Source: Octopus sinensis
Taxonomy: Eukaryota
Direction of reading: 5' to 3'
DNA length: 64,000 nucleotides
NCBI RefSeq assembly: GCF_006345805.1
Contig: NC_043010.1
Location: 61,442,001-61,506,000, forward strand
Part shown: in pieces, positions 1-11,612 of the stretch
Numbering within the stretch: position 1 is the stretch's first letter
Layout: every line of letters begins with the position of its first letter
The notes under the pieces: generated by a model
What the model saw: the letters and a program-made list of their open reading frames with translations, nothing else
Told to the model about the DNA's origin: nothing
The model's database searches: none
Position numbers and translations under genes: made by a program

Positions 1-1459
1 ATAATTTGCCCTTGGTTTTCAATCTCAGCATTCAAGCTATGCATAATACTGCTGTAGTACACATGCTGCGTACACTCCTACAACACCGTTTTCTTTATGT
101 GCTATAAAAGCAGAATTAAATCTGCCTTCAACTCAGACGCACGTCTGATTTTCTTATTTTTTGTGTTATTTTTACTACACAAAGGTCACCAACTGCCTAC
201 CCTGAGTAATTACTAACGGCACGTGCCTGATATATATATATATATATATATGTGAGACACTCCACACAACATAATAAATAAATAAAAAAAAAACATGTAA
301 GATAGACATGAACCCTTACAATGTTTAAGGGCAAGGGAACGTTTTGGTGAAGTTGTGGTGTTGATGCCCTTGTGGAGAGCATTGGTGGTTATTAGTTTCA
401 GTGCAGATTGAAACCATGATTGCAAGTGAGTTCACACAGAACCCAACTCCAAAGCCAAACAGTGACATCTTTGTTTAAATTCTTGTAGATTGTAATTTTG
501 TTCAATAAATGAAGAATTAGGGGTGAGGGTTAATGACACATTATTATAAATTTCAAGTGAAGACAAACAAGATGTTGATCCATAAACAAGGACACATTGA
601 CTGAAACTGGACACAAACATTGATCACTCCTTACATAGGGAACATCATTTTCAGGGATATATTCAAATGAAATAGGAGAGGGGGGAAAAACCCGTAAGTT
701 GCCAGTTCTTTTCTCTTTAGTTTTACAATTGAAATGTACCATTTTTTTTGTTTTCATTGATACAGGCACCAATGTCGGAGATGTGGAAATCTCTTTTCCT
801 TGTCCAAAACAATGTCACATACAAGTATATCCATTTAATTTTCTTTTTGTCTTCGATCTGTAGCAGTCTCATATAGAAATGAACCCTGCTTCTCACATGT
901 GCAACTATTATAAACAGTTGTACTTCCTTTACACACACACATATATATCTATCTATACATACATATATCATTTAATATACACAAAATTTTAAAAGAGCAA
1001 CTAACAGTTTCATGCTGTTGAGCCACAATAATGTCCTAGATTATTGTATCTGTATGGCATGAAACTATTGGTATCTCTTTTTCAAATTCTGTGTATGTTA
1101 AATGATATTTATTTCTCACTGGATGGAATCCTTCTTTTGTTGATCCTACCTGTAATGGAACAGTAAACTATATTTATATATATGTATGTATGTGTGTATA
1201 AATATATAAAAGAATGTAAATTTATGTGTTAAGTGACCTTTCTTGTTTAAAAATATCAATGTCATTCTGATGTACCTTGGCAAGCACAGCTACCACCAAT
1301 ATCATACACACACACACACACACAGAGAGTCACCACTTAACATTCACTGTGCTTGCTCCTTTCTCTGCATAGCAACCGTTGTGGTATTCCAAACACATCT
1401 TGCTTTACACAAATTCCATTGTTTCCAGATGCATTTCATAGAAAGATGTCATTAAAAGA

Positions 1460-1460
<1 letters not shown>

Positions 1461-1503
<43 letters not shown>
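1461..1503 (+). repeat. (ATT)n microsatellite
   Basis: ~14 perfect units. Confidence 0.95.
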
Positions 1504-1504
<1 letters not shown>

Positions 1505-1817
1505 CAGTCCTAGCAATGAAACGAATGTACTTTGAAGAAATACTGTTTATCACATTACAAGGTACTTATTAACTGCAAGCACTCATGCACCTTTTCTGTC
1601 AGTTTAGTAATTCTCTCTGTAAACACTGATGAGGTACTGCAAAGTACCACACAATAGTCAATGCTAAAGAACAACTGCCGTGCCTGTTTCTCTGTCTTAG
1701 ATGCCCGCTGGGGGGGCTTCACTATTTAGAGTGGAGAGAGAGAAAGGGAGAGAGAAAGAGAGAGAGAACGAGAACATTGGAGAGTTAAATCAAATTCAAG
1801 ACGAAGAGTTGTCTCCC

Positions 1818-2888
1818 TTATATGCTCATGTAGTGTGGCACCCCTTCGTGCTGTGGTATATCAGTGGTGTGATGTGCTTGAGATACGCTGAGGGTTGCTT
1901 GGTGGGTTTCTGAGGTTGCTGCAGCAGTGTTCTGTGGCACACAACTCAGTTTACGATCCCCGAGTTTATTGGTTCGCTGGTGTCGCTCCAGGTGATCTTT
2001 ACGCGAAAAGGCAAAGCCGCAGATGTTACATTTGAACGGTCGCTCGCCCGTGTGCGTCCGTTTGTGAACCGTGAGGTGGTATTTCTGGGAGAACGACTTG
2101 GTGCACATATCACAGCAGAATATCTTCTCGTTGGTGTGGGCCTTTTTGTGTCTCTCTAGGTAGCTGTTCTCTGAGAATGCCTTCCCACAAACGTCACACT
2201 TGTAGGGAAGCAAGGCAGCATGAATTCGCTCATGCATATCTGCATCGGACCTCTCCGTGAAGGCCTTCCAGCAGGCTTTACAGTTGAATGGATTATCGTC
2301 TTGGTAGTTAGCAGGCACCTGTGGTTGGGTTTGAGGCTGTGGCGGCGGCGGTGGAGGAGGCGGTGGTGGCGGCGGCGGCTGTGGCTTTTGGTAAGTAGTG
2401 CTCTGGTTCTGGAACAGAGATTCTTCGTGCGTCTTAAAATGGCGAGTTAGATCTCCGTTCCTTCCGAAAGCACAGCCGCAAATGTTACATTTATATGGTT
2501 TGTCAACAGCAAAGGATCTTGCAGTGTTTGGGTTAGGAGTTTCATACTGGGGGGCCATCGAAGGCATGGTCCCCTGCCCATGGGTTTTCATGTGACGAGT
2601 CAGGTTACCATTTCTGGAGAAACAGAAACCACAAATGTTGCACTTAAACGGTTTCTCGCCAGTGTGAATGGTCTGGTGCTGTTTCAGGTGTGATTTATGG
2701 GAGAACGATTTTCCGCACACATCACAACCGAATGGTTTGACAGTCTGATGCGTGAGTTTATGCCTCTCCAGGTTGTCAAACCGTGAGAACCCTTTACCAC
2801 AGATATCGCAGCTGTGACTCGTCTCCATGGCATGAATCACTTCAGTTAATTCGTAACCTGGAATGTTGGAGGTGATGATGTGATTCAT
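1818..2888 (-). CDS. C2H2 zinc-finger protein (356 aa, 8 fingers, central poly-Pro/Gln linker), single coding exon
   Basis: ORF 1818-2939 has 8 CxxC...HxxxH motifs with TGEKP/TGERP linkers; the last reads HQRTN. The ORF's first 17 codons fall in a polypyrimidine tract and acceptor (tttgtag| at 2914-2915), so the probable start is the ATG at 2888. Confidence 0.9.
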   Translation of the reverse strand: MNHIITSNIPGYELTEVIHAMETSHSCDICGKGFSRFDNLERHKLTHQTVKPFGCDVCGKSFSHKSHLKQHQTIHTGEKPFKCNICGFCFSRNGNLTRHMKTHGQGTMPSMAPQYETPNPNTARSFAVDKPYKCNICGCAFGRNGDLTRHFKTHEESLFQNQSTTYQKPQPPPPPPPPPPPPPQPQTQPQVPANYQDDNPFNCKACWKAFTERSDADMHERIHAALLPYKCDVCGKAFSENSYLERHKKAHTNEKIFCCDMCTKSFSQKYHLTVHKRTHTGERPFKCNICGFAFSRKDHLERHQRTNKLGDRKLSCVPQNTAAATSETHQATLSVSQAHHTTDIPQHEGVPHYMSI

Positions 2889-3042
2889 GGCGTCGTCTCT
2901 TCTGGCACCAATGCTACAAAAGACAAACAAAAAAAACAAGCAGTTAGGATTTTGAAAACATCCAGTGTATATGTGTGTGTGGGAATGTGATGTGGTGATA
3001 TATAAGTCTTTGGTTTATTGTTAGCCTCCAAATTCCCTTTAA

Positions 3043-3265
3043 GGGCCTTTTGATACCAACCCGGCCAAAACCGGCTCTGGCTCTGTAGTACAGATGTCTT
3101 ACTTTCATAAGTTTTGAATTAAAATCTTCCACCAAACCTTAGTCACAATTTATGTTCCTAACACTAGCTTAATGATAACTAAGTTATTTTACTAAATTCT
3201 TTGTTATATTTAAAGTAATTGAAAAAAACACAGAGCATCTCAACAGAAACATGGTAACAAAAGGG
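3043..3265. mobile_element. piggyBac-type MITE copy 1 (left TIR altered)
   Basis: Flanked by TTAA; right end ggtaacaaaaggg|ttaa; body homologous to the adjacent copy. Confidence 0.65.
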
Positions 3266-3296
3266 TTAAAATATATAATAGAGAAACAATTCTTAA

Positions 3297-3518
3297 CCCT
3301 TTCGTTACCAACCTGGCTGAAACCACCTCTGGCTCTGTAGTACAAATGTCTTGTTTTCCTAAGTTTTGAATGAAAATCTTCCACCAAACTTTAGTCACAA
3401 TTTATGTTCTCAACACTAGCTGAATGATAACTAAGTTCTTTTACTAAATTCTTCATTATATTTAAAATTAATTGAATGTAACACAGAGCATCTCAAAATA
3501 AATACAGTAACGAAAGGG
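3297..3518. mobile_element. piggyBac-type MITE copy 2
   Basis: TTAA|CCCTTTCGTTAC...GTAACGAAAGGG|TTAA: CCC-starting TIRs and TTAA target duplication. Confidence 0.8.
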
Positions 3519-3927
3519 TTAAGGGCCTTTAAAATTATTGGGAAGGAAAAAGTCCCCCTCAGGCTGGAAGCCTGATCCAAATAGTTACTACAGACTGGAT
3601 CCCATTAATGGCGCTGAAGGGCCAGGTGTTGGTGTTAAAAAAACAAAGCACCCGATTAAGCCTACAACTAATGCACAAAAATGGGTTCCCTGAGGGGCTC
3701 GCACAGTTTCCATCAACTAAATTTCACTTATAAAGGCTGAGATCAATCAACTCAGTGGGATTGAAACTGGAACTGTGTATCTGCCAAGTGAACTTCTTAA
3801 CCACATTGCCATTTTTACGTGTGTGTATGTGCACCCAGGTACATGCATATTTGAGTTGTGTGTGTGTATGTGTGGTGGGGGTGTTAGTAGGCATTTATGA
3901 ATTTTGATGTCAGTAGTTGAGAGTTGT

Positions 3928-4269
3928 GAAGGTGCATGGCTCAGTGGTTAGAGCATCGAGCTTACGATCATGAGGTTGTGAGTTCGAATCCTAGACCAGG
4001 CTGCGTGTTGTGTTCTTGAGCAAGACACTTTATTTCACGTTGTTCCAGTTCACTCGGCTGTAGAAATGAGTTGCGACGTCACAGGTGCCAAGCTGTATCG
4101 GCCCCTTTGTCTTTCCCTTGGATAACATCAATGGTGTGGTGAGGGGAAGCATGATATGCATGGGCAACTGCTGATCTTCCATGAAACAACCTTGCTCGGA
4201 CTTGTGCCTAGGAGAGTAACTTACTAGGTGCAATCCCATGGTCAGCCATGACCGAAGGGGGTCTCAGCA
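3928..4269 (+). mobile_element. tRNA-derived SINE family D (copy also ~48187-48512-)
   Basis: tggctcagtggttagagc...gagttcgaatcc head; 13-bp TSD agttgagagttgt. Confidence 0.88.
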
Positions 4270-5355
4270 AGTTGAGAGTTGTTTTTTAATACCAGGTCTG
4301 CCACAATGAAGAAGACTCGTAGTCAAAGATCTTCCAGCAACAAATATTCCAGCTACTTTTATTACAAAGACATTACTCAACATGTCTTCCCATTTTAAAA
4401 ACTGCAAGGTGTAACTTGAGGGAGATTTAACTGGTATTTCTAGCAAGCTGAGTTATTCACAGTGAGGCTTCTCCATTATGAAGGGTAGAGAGGGTGACAC
4501 ACTGAAACAGGGTCAAACCCTACTAAGGTGGGTTTTGGAGACAGCAGAGGTAGGGTTAGATTGTTGGGTATCCTGCTGGATGTTCTGGATAATGCAGTGG
4601 AGATCATGTGTGACCACAGACATCATGAATATGATTTGGACATCAGGGTGAAAGACCAAGATTAGATCTCAACAGACCGACACATGTATTGATATGCTGA
4701 TTCTATGAAGAATACCTAGTCAACCCACATCAGTTCTGAAGAACACAGAGCAGACCAAAAGTGAGTAACGATCACCTCTGGAGGTGACCCTTCCCTGTTG
4801 GCCAATAAATAAGATTGTTGGAAGGCTGAGGGGCAACTGACCGTGCACTGTCACTAGTATCTCGGGTTACCTGACAACTAAGTCAACTGATCAATATGAA
4901 GAAATCTGGGTGCCCTTACAGAACCATGATGAAAACCCTGATGGGAGACAGTGCTGCTTGGAATTGCAGATAATCCAAAGATGCAAATAATGGAACACAA
5001 TTTCTGACACATCTGTCATTGTAGCCATGCTCAAGTTATGGCCAATACAGGACAATGAAAACAGCAACCACACCACTGAAGATATCAATGGTTGTAATAC
5101 CCACTGTCACACAGATCCTGATGAGATAATATCCAATTAACTAATAGTTTAATATAGCAAATGGTAGCTTGGCCATATATCTGCAAATGTAAACTTCAGG
5201 ATTCCAGTCCAGCCAGCAACAATACACTTAACTAGCCAAGTGAATAGTTACAGCTCTTCTAAAGTCCCTTAGTTTGCATGGGGCTACTGCCCAGACAGCT
5301 GACCTCACCCCAACCCAACTACACGTGTATTAACTAGAAGATTACATCTACCCAA

Positions 5356-5591
5356 TTTAAGGCAACGAGCTGGCAGAACCATTAGCACGCTGGGCGAAAT
5401 GTGTAGCCGTATTTCGTCTGGCATTACGTTCTGAGTTCAAATTCTGCCGAGGTCAACTTTACCTTTCATCCTTTTGGGGGTCGATAAATTAAGTACCAGT
5501 TACGCACTGGGGTCGATGTAATCGACTTAATCCATTTGTCTGTCCTTGTTTGTTGCCTCTGTGTTTAGCCCCTTGTGGGTAATATAGAAAT
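5356..5591 (+). mobile_element. tRNA-derived SINE family B (copies also 7575-8250 split, ~30765-30965, 39031-39250, 39256-39479, 39706-39938-, ~44010-44130-, ~46590-46950-, 56100-56336)
   Basis: ~235-bp consensus aaggcggcgagctggcagaaacgttagc...gagttcaaattcc...gccccttgtgggtaataaagaaata; 17-bp TSD agattacatctacccaa at this copy. Confidence 0.9.
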
Positions 5592-7683
5592 AGATTACAT
5601 CTACCCAACTGACAATGTCATGTAAATGTTTAAGACCCTCCCCCACCCCTCAAGGATCAATGTTCGGCCTCTAGTTTCATAAGCTTCAATGGATAAGATA
5701 CCAATTCATTACAGGTAACAGACAATCAGGTGAGAGAGAGAGGTGGAAGCAGAGTCTGGAGTGGAAAGGTTTAAAAGTAAACTTAACATAGACGAACTTC
5801 TTAGCAAGCAACATAAAGCTCAACAATCACCTGGAAAATAATGAAACTTGATTTCCAGATAAGGTGTCAGTAGGAACTGCAGGTAAGGTGTATCTGATGT
5901 AAAGTATCATGCCACTCCGTCGGTTATGACGACAGGGGTTCCAGTTGATCCGATCATGGAACAGCCTGCTCGTGAAATTAACGTGCAAGTGGCTGAACAC
6001 TCCACAGACACGTGTACCCTTAACGTAGTTCTTGGGGAGATTCAATGTGACACAGTGTGACACGGCTGGCCCTTTGAAATACAGGTACAAGGTACAACAG
6101 AAACAGGAAGAAAGAGTGAGAGAAACACCTAAAGCTCTACAAGGCTCCAGCAGGGGGTGGTAGCGAACTCTGCTGTATTCTTTAGCCACAACCTTCTCTC
6201 ACTCTGAGAATCGAAACCACAACCATGAGAGCAACATCTTAACCACTCGGCCATGTACCCTCATGTCCTTATACTGGACAAAGATATGTAAAGCAGCTGA
6301 TAGGCAGATGTAGCCAACCCATGCTTTTGATCAATCTATGAATATTAAAGCAACAAAAATGATGATGGTAATGATTAAAACTATAGTGGTGGACGTGTGT
6401 TAATACTTTGACTTCACATCTCACTACAGTTATATAACACACAGTTGTTACAAATATAAAATGGTAATTTAAACAATAATGCTTCATGAAATGATTTGAG
6501 AGGCTCTGCTGAAATCACCATGTTCTTCCTCACAGCAGAGAAATATCTGAAAAGACTTGCCAGACTGCCTGGTGGTCCCAGCAGACAAAATGGAAAAGGT
6601 GTTGCCCCAGAAAATGACGAGGGATATCACAGTGGCATCAGACGAGGAAAGAGCGGATGGATAACGTTGGTCAAACAGACTCTAATACATTACTGACCAC
6701 AAGACGAAAGGCCAGGTTGATCCTGGACCAGACTTGAACCCAGAAACTGGGAAGATGGAATTTATAAACTGCATGGTGTTTTGTTTGCATCACAGAAAAG
6801 GGAAGAGAGATGCACAAGAGACTGATTCAGTGACGAAAGATACAATTTGACCACAATAAGACCATTAACACACACACACTGAACCTGGACTATTAGACAA
6901 GACATCAGTAAAGATGATCCACCAACTAATAAAGGACTTCTGATTTAGGTACAAGGCCAGCAATTTCTAGAGGAGGTGCTTAGGGATTACTTGATTGCTA
7001 TTTTATTTTATGGACGATGATGATGATGACCCTAGGTGACCTTGGTGAGATTTTAACTGAAAACGCAAAGGGTACGAAGAAATACTGCAAAGTATTTTAT
7101 CCAACTCCCAAACAATTCTGCCAATCCACCATCTTCCCCTCATTTAAGTCTGTCGTTCTTAAACCCCTCCCTTTTTTTTTTTTTACCTATGGACCCTGTT
7201 AGTTCCTATTTTGCTCTGATGGACTCTCCTAATCATTTGATGTTAAGATAATCCTATTATATTTTTATAATTGATTATTAAGAATTATATAAAAATAATT
7301 GACTATTGAAGAAGTTGCAAGAAGTAACGAAAATTTTAGAAAAGATAAGTGAGTGGAAATTGAACTGGTGAGTGTGTTAATTAATAAGGCATTAAAAGAG
7401 AATGACCCTCTCCACACACAATAAATTCTTGAAATATTTTGTGTATTGTTAGAGAATAACCAATTTATTGCCCATTAATTTTAACAAAATCTAATATGGG
7501 AGCTGAAGGGTCATGTGGACTCTGGCTGAAAACCACTGATCTAATTAACAGCAATAGTAATTAACAGAGATTTAAGGTGGTGAGCTGGCAGAATGGTTAG
7601 TCCAATGCTTAATCAGGATTTTGTCCATTTTTGTTCTGAGTTCAAATCCTGCTGAGGTTGACTTTGCTTTTCATCCTCTTGAG

Positions 7684-8143
7684 AGTAAAGATTATTTGCC
7701 AATCAGTCCTGGTTTAGGATGAATGTTGCTGTAATTTAACCCCAAGAGACATCATCTCCAGCTGGCTATGTGACACGATCTGTGTCCTTATATTTTCAAA
7801 CAAGGGAATCTAGAACCCCCACTCAGCTCAAAACAATATTTGCGTATCACGATTTCCGGGTTATTTCCCTTCATCAGCACAGAATAATTGTTTAGCTAGA
7901 GGTGATGTTGCCAAATTCCTGTTCCAAATATATAGTTTTCAAAGTGACAACTAGTCACTGATATATAAAATAGAAAATTACTATCTGTAAATCCCACAAT
8001 GAGAGATATTCAGCAACAGTACTTTGGAGTGAAGATTGTTTGCCAACATAACATGGCAGTCCTGGTTTAGGATGAATGTTGCTGTAATTTAGCCCCAGGA
8101 GACATCGTTTCCAGTGGGCTATACTACATGATCTGTGTCCTGT
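7684..8143 (-). mobile_element. Hammerhead-containing non-autonomous retroelement (retrozyme/Penelope-like) inserted into a SINE
   Basis: TSD atcctcttgag at 7673-7683 and 8144-8154; terminal direct repeats 7704-7788 / 8057-8141 (75/85 identical); hammerhead core in the middle. Confidence 0.75.
7828..7897 (-). ncRNA. Minimal type-I hammerhead ribozyme (predicted)
   Basis: Minus strand ...ATTCTGTG-CTGATGA-AGGGAAATAACCCG-GAAA-TCGTGA-TA-CGCAAATATTG...: CUGAUGA, stem II GGG/CCC, GAAA, self-complementary ATCGTGAT stem III, AUA cleavage triplet, extended stem I. Confidence 0.65.
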
Positions 8144-8889
8144 ATCCTCTTGAGGGTCAATGAAATAAGTACCAGTTGCACACTGGGGTTGATGTGATCA
8201 ACTTAACCCCTTCCTCAAAATTGTTGGCCTTGTATCAAAATTTGAAACCAATAAGCAGTGGAGGTCAGCATAGTTGGTGTTTAGCCCCAGGCCAGCCTGA
8301 TTGAGAAGGCCCATGATCAAGATCATTTATACAGTCTTTGTTTAAGGTATAATGTATTAAAGACTACACTGTTCTATGTGTATCCTTCCCTTTTAACATA
8401 GTAGGGTGTGATTTGACTTCTATTTCTACCAGCTTTAGAAACCATGTAAAGATTCTCCCAAAAGAATTGGTAGAATAAAAGTCTTATAGTATTTGGTCCT
8501 TGTCCTTCAGTGCTTTTAATGGGAACCCATATCTCTCATCATCTCAAGGGGTTAGTAAAACAACCTTAATAAGTATTTGCTATGCTCCAAGGACTTTATG
8601 GGTTTCATAGAAGTGAATGAGAGATAAATCAGTGTTTAGGGGACAACAGGACACACGTCTACCATAGACAACATTCTTCGTTTGATAATTATTTCCCCAT
8701 GACAGTTAAGAGAGGTCAAGTGGAAAACAGCACCCTAGCTACAGATTTGATCTCATGACCTACGGGCAGCCAGTCCATTCCTTTATCCACTTAGCTGTCC
8801 CACCTCTACCAGTAAAATATGAGGGTAAATTTAATGGATATACCTTATAAGTTTGTGGTTTTGTGCTAACGACAGGTTTCAACATATGC

Positions 8890-9995
8890 AATCACTAAAA
8901 CAGGTGAATGCATACATGCAAAGGGAATTTTTAATCAAGAGCATAATGCATAAGAATAATGCCATACTTCCCTGGGCATGGACACATTGAAACTCCGACA
9001 TCTGGCAGCTGACTTGGCGGACACCCATAAAATTATTAACCATTTTGGCCCCCGTGTCGGTGGCACGTAAAAGCACCATCCGTTCGTGTTCGTTGCCAGC
9101 CTCGCCTGGCCCCGTGCCGGTGACACGTAAAAGCACCGTCCGTTCGTGGCCGTTTGCCAGCTCTGTCTGGCAACCGTGTCGGTGGCACGTAAAAGCACCA
9201 TCCATTCGCGTCTGTTGCCAGCCTCGGCTGGCCCCCGTGCCGGTGACACGTAAAAGCACCGTCCGTTCGTGGCCGTTTGCCAGCTCTGTCTGGCCCCGTG
9301 TCGGTGGCACGTAAAAGCACCATCCATTCGCGTCCGTTGCCAGCCTCGGCTGGCCCCTGTGCCGGTGACACGTAAAAGCACCGTCCGTTCGTGGCCGTTT
9401 GCCAGCATCGCCTGGACCCGGGCCGGTGACACCTAAAAGCACCATCCGTTCGTGGCCGTTCGCCACCTGTGCAGGTGGCACGTAAAAAACACCCACTACA
9501 CTCGCGGAGTGGTTGGCGTTAGGAAGGGCATCCAGCCGTAGAAACACTGCCAGATCTGACTGGGTCTGACGAAGCCTTCCAGCTTCACAGACCCCAGTTG
9601 ACCCGTCCAATCCATGCTAGCATGGAAAGCGGACGCTAAATGATGATGATGAACTCTGAGCACCTTTTCAAACTCCATCTGTCTAACACCCGTGGACATG
9701 TTTACAAAGTCAGAAAACAGCACAGCTCCTGTGACTTTCGGAAACATTTTTTCACGCTAAGAGTTGCTGAAGCATGGAACAAACTGCCGGCATCAGTTGT
9801 TAGTTGTCGGAGCACTGCATCCTTCAAAACTTCCATGCTTCCTGAGATTTGCCAACACTACACCTGATTTTCTCCCCTCCATACACACTATTCACTTCCC
9901 AGACATTTGTACATTACTGCATATGCTTTATATGCACTTTTGACAAGTTGTGGTGCACCTGAGCACTGTATACAATAATTTCATTATCATTATAT
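8890..9995 (+). mobile_element. CR1 LINE 3' end split by an RTE-tail/minisatellite insertion (9044-9651)
   Basis: DTLKLRHLAADL...[insert]...TRGHVYKVRKQHSSCDFRKHFFTLRVAEAWNKLP plus tail gtggtgcacctgagcactgtatacaataatttcatt; a copy without the RTE insert lies on - at ~37840-38285. Confidence 0.8.
9050..9490 (+). repeat. ~61-bp minisatellite (7 units, alternating A/B variants) in an RTE 3' UTR
   Basis: cacgtaaaagcacc-type core at 9064, 9124, 9186, 9247, 9308, 9369, 9430. Confidence 0.9.
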
Positions 9996-11417
9996 TATAT
10001 AAAAGAAAATAAATAAAATGATTCTCACCTTGAATTCTGCTTATGTTAAAACTGTTGCTTCTCAGGGAGAGAAGCCATAGATATGAAAATGGTTCAGATT
10101 GGAGATTGTGCAAGAGCAGACAACACAATTTCTGGACAAGGAATATCGAAATGGCCACTTTAGGACACAACAACAACCTATAAATAAAATTGAAAAGAAA
10201 AATATTGGAACAAATATGTTTACAATGCTTTTCCATTTCATTAAACAAAAAACACACCACATATGGCAGCTTGTGAAGAGGGTCACAAAAAACTGACCCA
10301 GAAAACCAGCCAATGTTTATAAATACAAGACCAGGGTTTAAGGTACTGGCAAACAATGTTCAAGAAAGGGTCTGTGGAAATTAAGGTGGATGGTGGGGTG
10401 TCTTACAAGTTGTCAAATATTCATTCATTTTGTGGATTAATTCAATTGTCAAATGTTGTGTAAATTACCAATAATTAATTAATAATTAGTCTTCTTGACT
10501 GAAGGGAGAAATAAATATTTCAACAGGGAATTGGGGAGAATAGACATTTACCAGAGTTGTCTTCACACACTTCAACTCTGGCTCTGTGGATCCCTGATCA
10601 AACCTGTTCCAGGCATGACCAACACATCATTTATTTGGACATAATACACCTAGAGCTAATGATGGTGCAGTCCTCAAGTCAGTCCTGATTTAGTAGACTT
10701 TATGAAGACAGACAGTCCAGGCTCGATCATCCAACCTAACATACCCTATACAGACACAGTATACCAAGGACAACACATCATCCAATGTTTTGCTGTTTAA
10801 CCACAGGTCAATCAGAAAACAGGAAACCTATGATGGAAAATACTCCAGCTATGAACACATCAATTTTTTTTGCCTGACTTCTAACTTTGTCATAGGTGAT
10901 ATAGCTTGAGACAGATTTGGCTGATATTTCTAGCAACCTATGCAACCACAACATAAAGAGTTTCTTACTGGTTGACCTCGACTTATTACTGGTATCAATG
11001 AAATAAGACAACTTCAAGCAGGTCATATCATGAGTGCTAATCTTTTTAATTCTGTTCTACTTCGTGTGACTTCGTGGCTCGGATATTTGGCTCACAACCA
11101 AGAGGCTGTGAGTTCGATTCCCAACAATGCCTTGTGTCCTTGATCAAGCTACTCCACTGCTCCAGTCCACTCAGCTGGCAAAAATGAGTTGTACCTGGAT
11201 TTCAAAAGGTCAGCCTTGTTGCATTCGGTGTCACACTGAATCTCCCCGAGAACTACATTAAAGGAATGCATGTCTGTGGAGTACTTAGCCACTTGTATGT
11301 TTATTTCATGAGCAGACCATTCCGTTGATCAGACAAACTGGAATACTCGTTGTCATGACCGACAGAGTGCCAGACGTCCTGCATACAAATTTTTTTGAAA
11401 CAAAGTTAATACATATA

Positions 11418-11581
11418 GGCGCAGGAGTGGCTGTGTGGAAAGTAGCTTGCTTACCAACCACATGATTCCGGGTTCAGTCCCACTGCGTGGCATCTTGGGC
11501 AAGTGTCTTCTACTATAGCCTCGGGCCGACCAAAGCTTTGTGAGTGGATTTGGTGGACGGAAACTGAAAGAAGCCCGTTGT

Positions 11582-11612
<31 letters not shown>

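Noticed and set aside
2889-2939. 17-aa N-terminal extension of the ZNF1 ORF
   Set aside because: It lies mostly in a polypyrimidine tract and acceptor and begins at a non-ATG codon; it is intronic or UTR.
8879-9610. Long ORFs (243 aa, 165 aa) on the minus strand
   Set aside because: They are translations of the GC-rich 61-bp minisatellite and neighbouring LINE fragments.
10060-10420. Protein-like stretches suggesting a decayed transposase
   Set aside because: No catalytic motif or termini could be identified in any frame.
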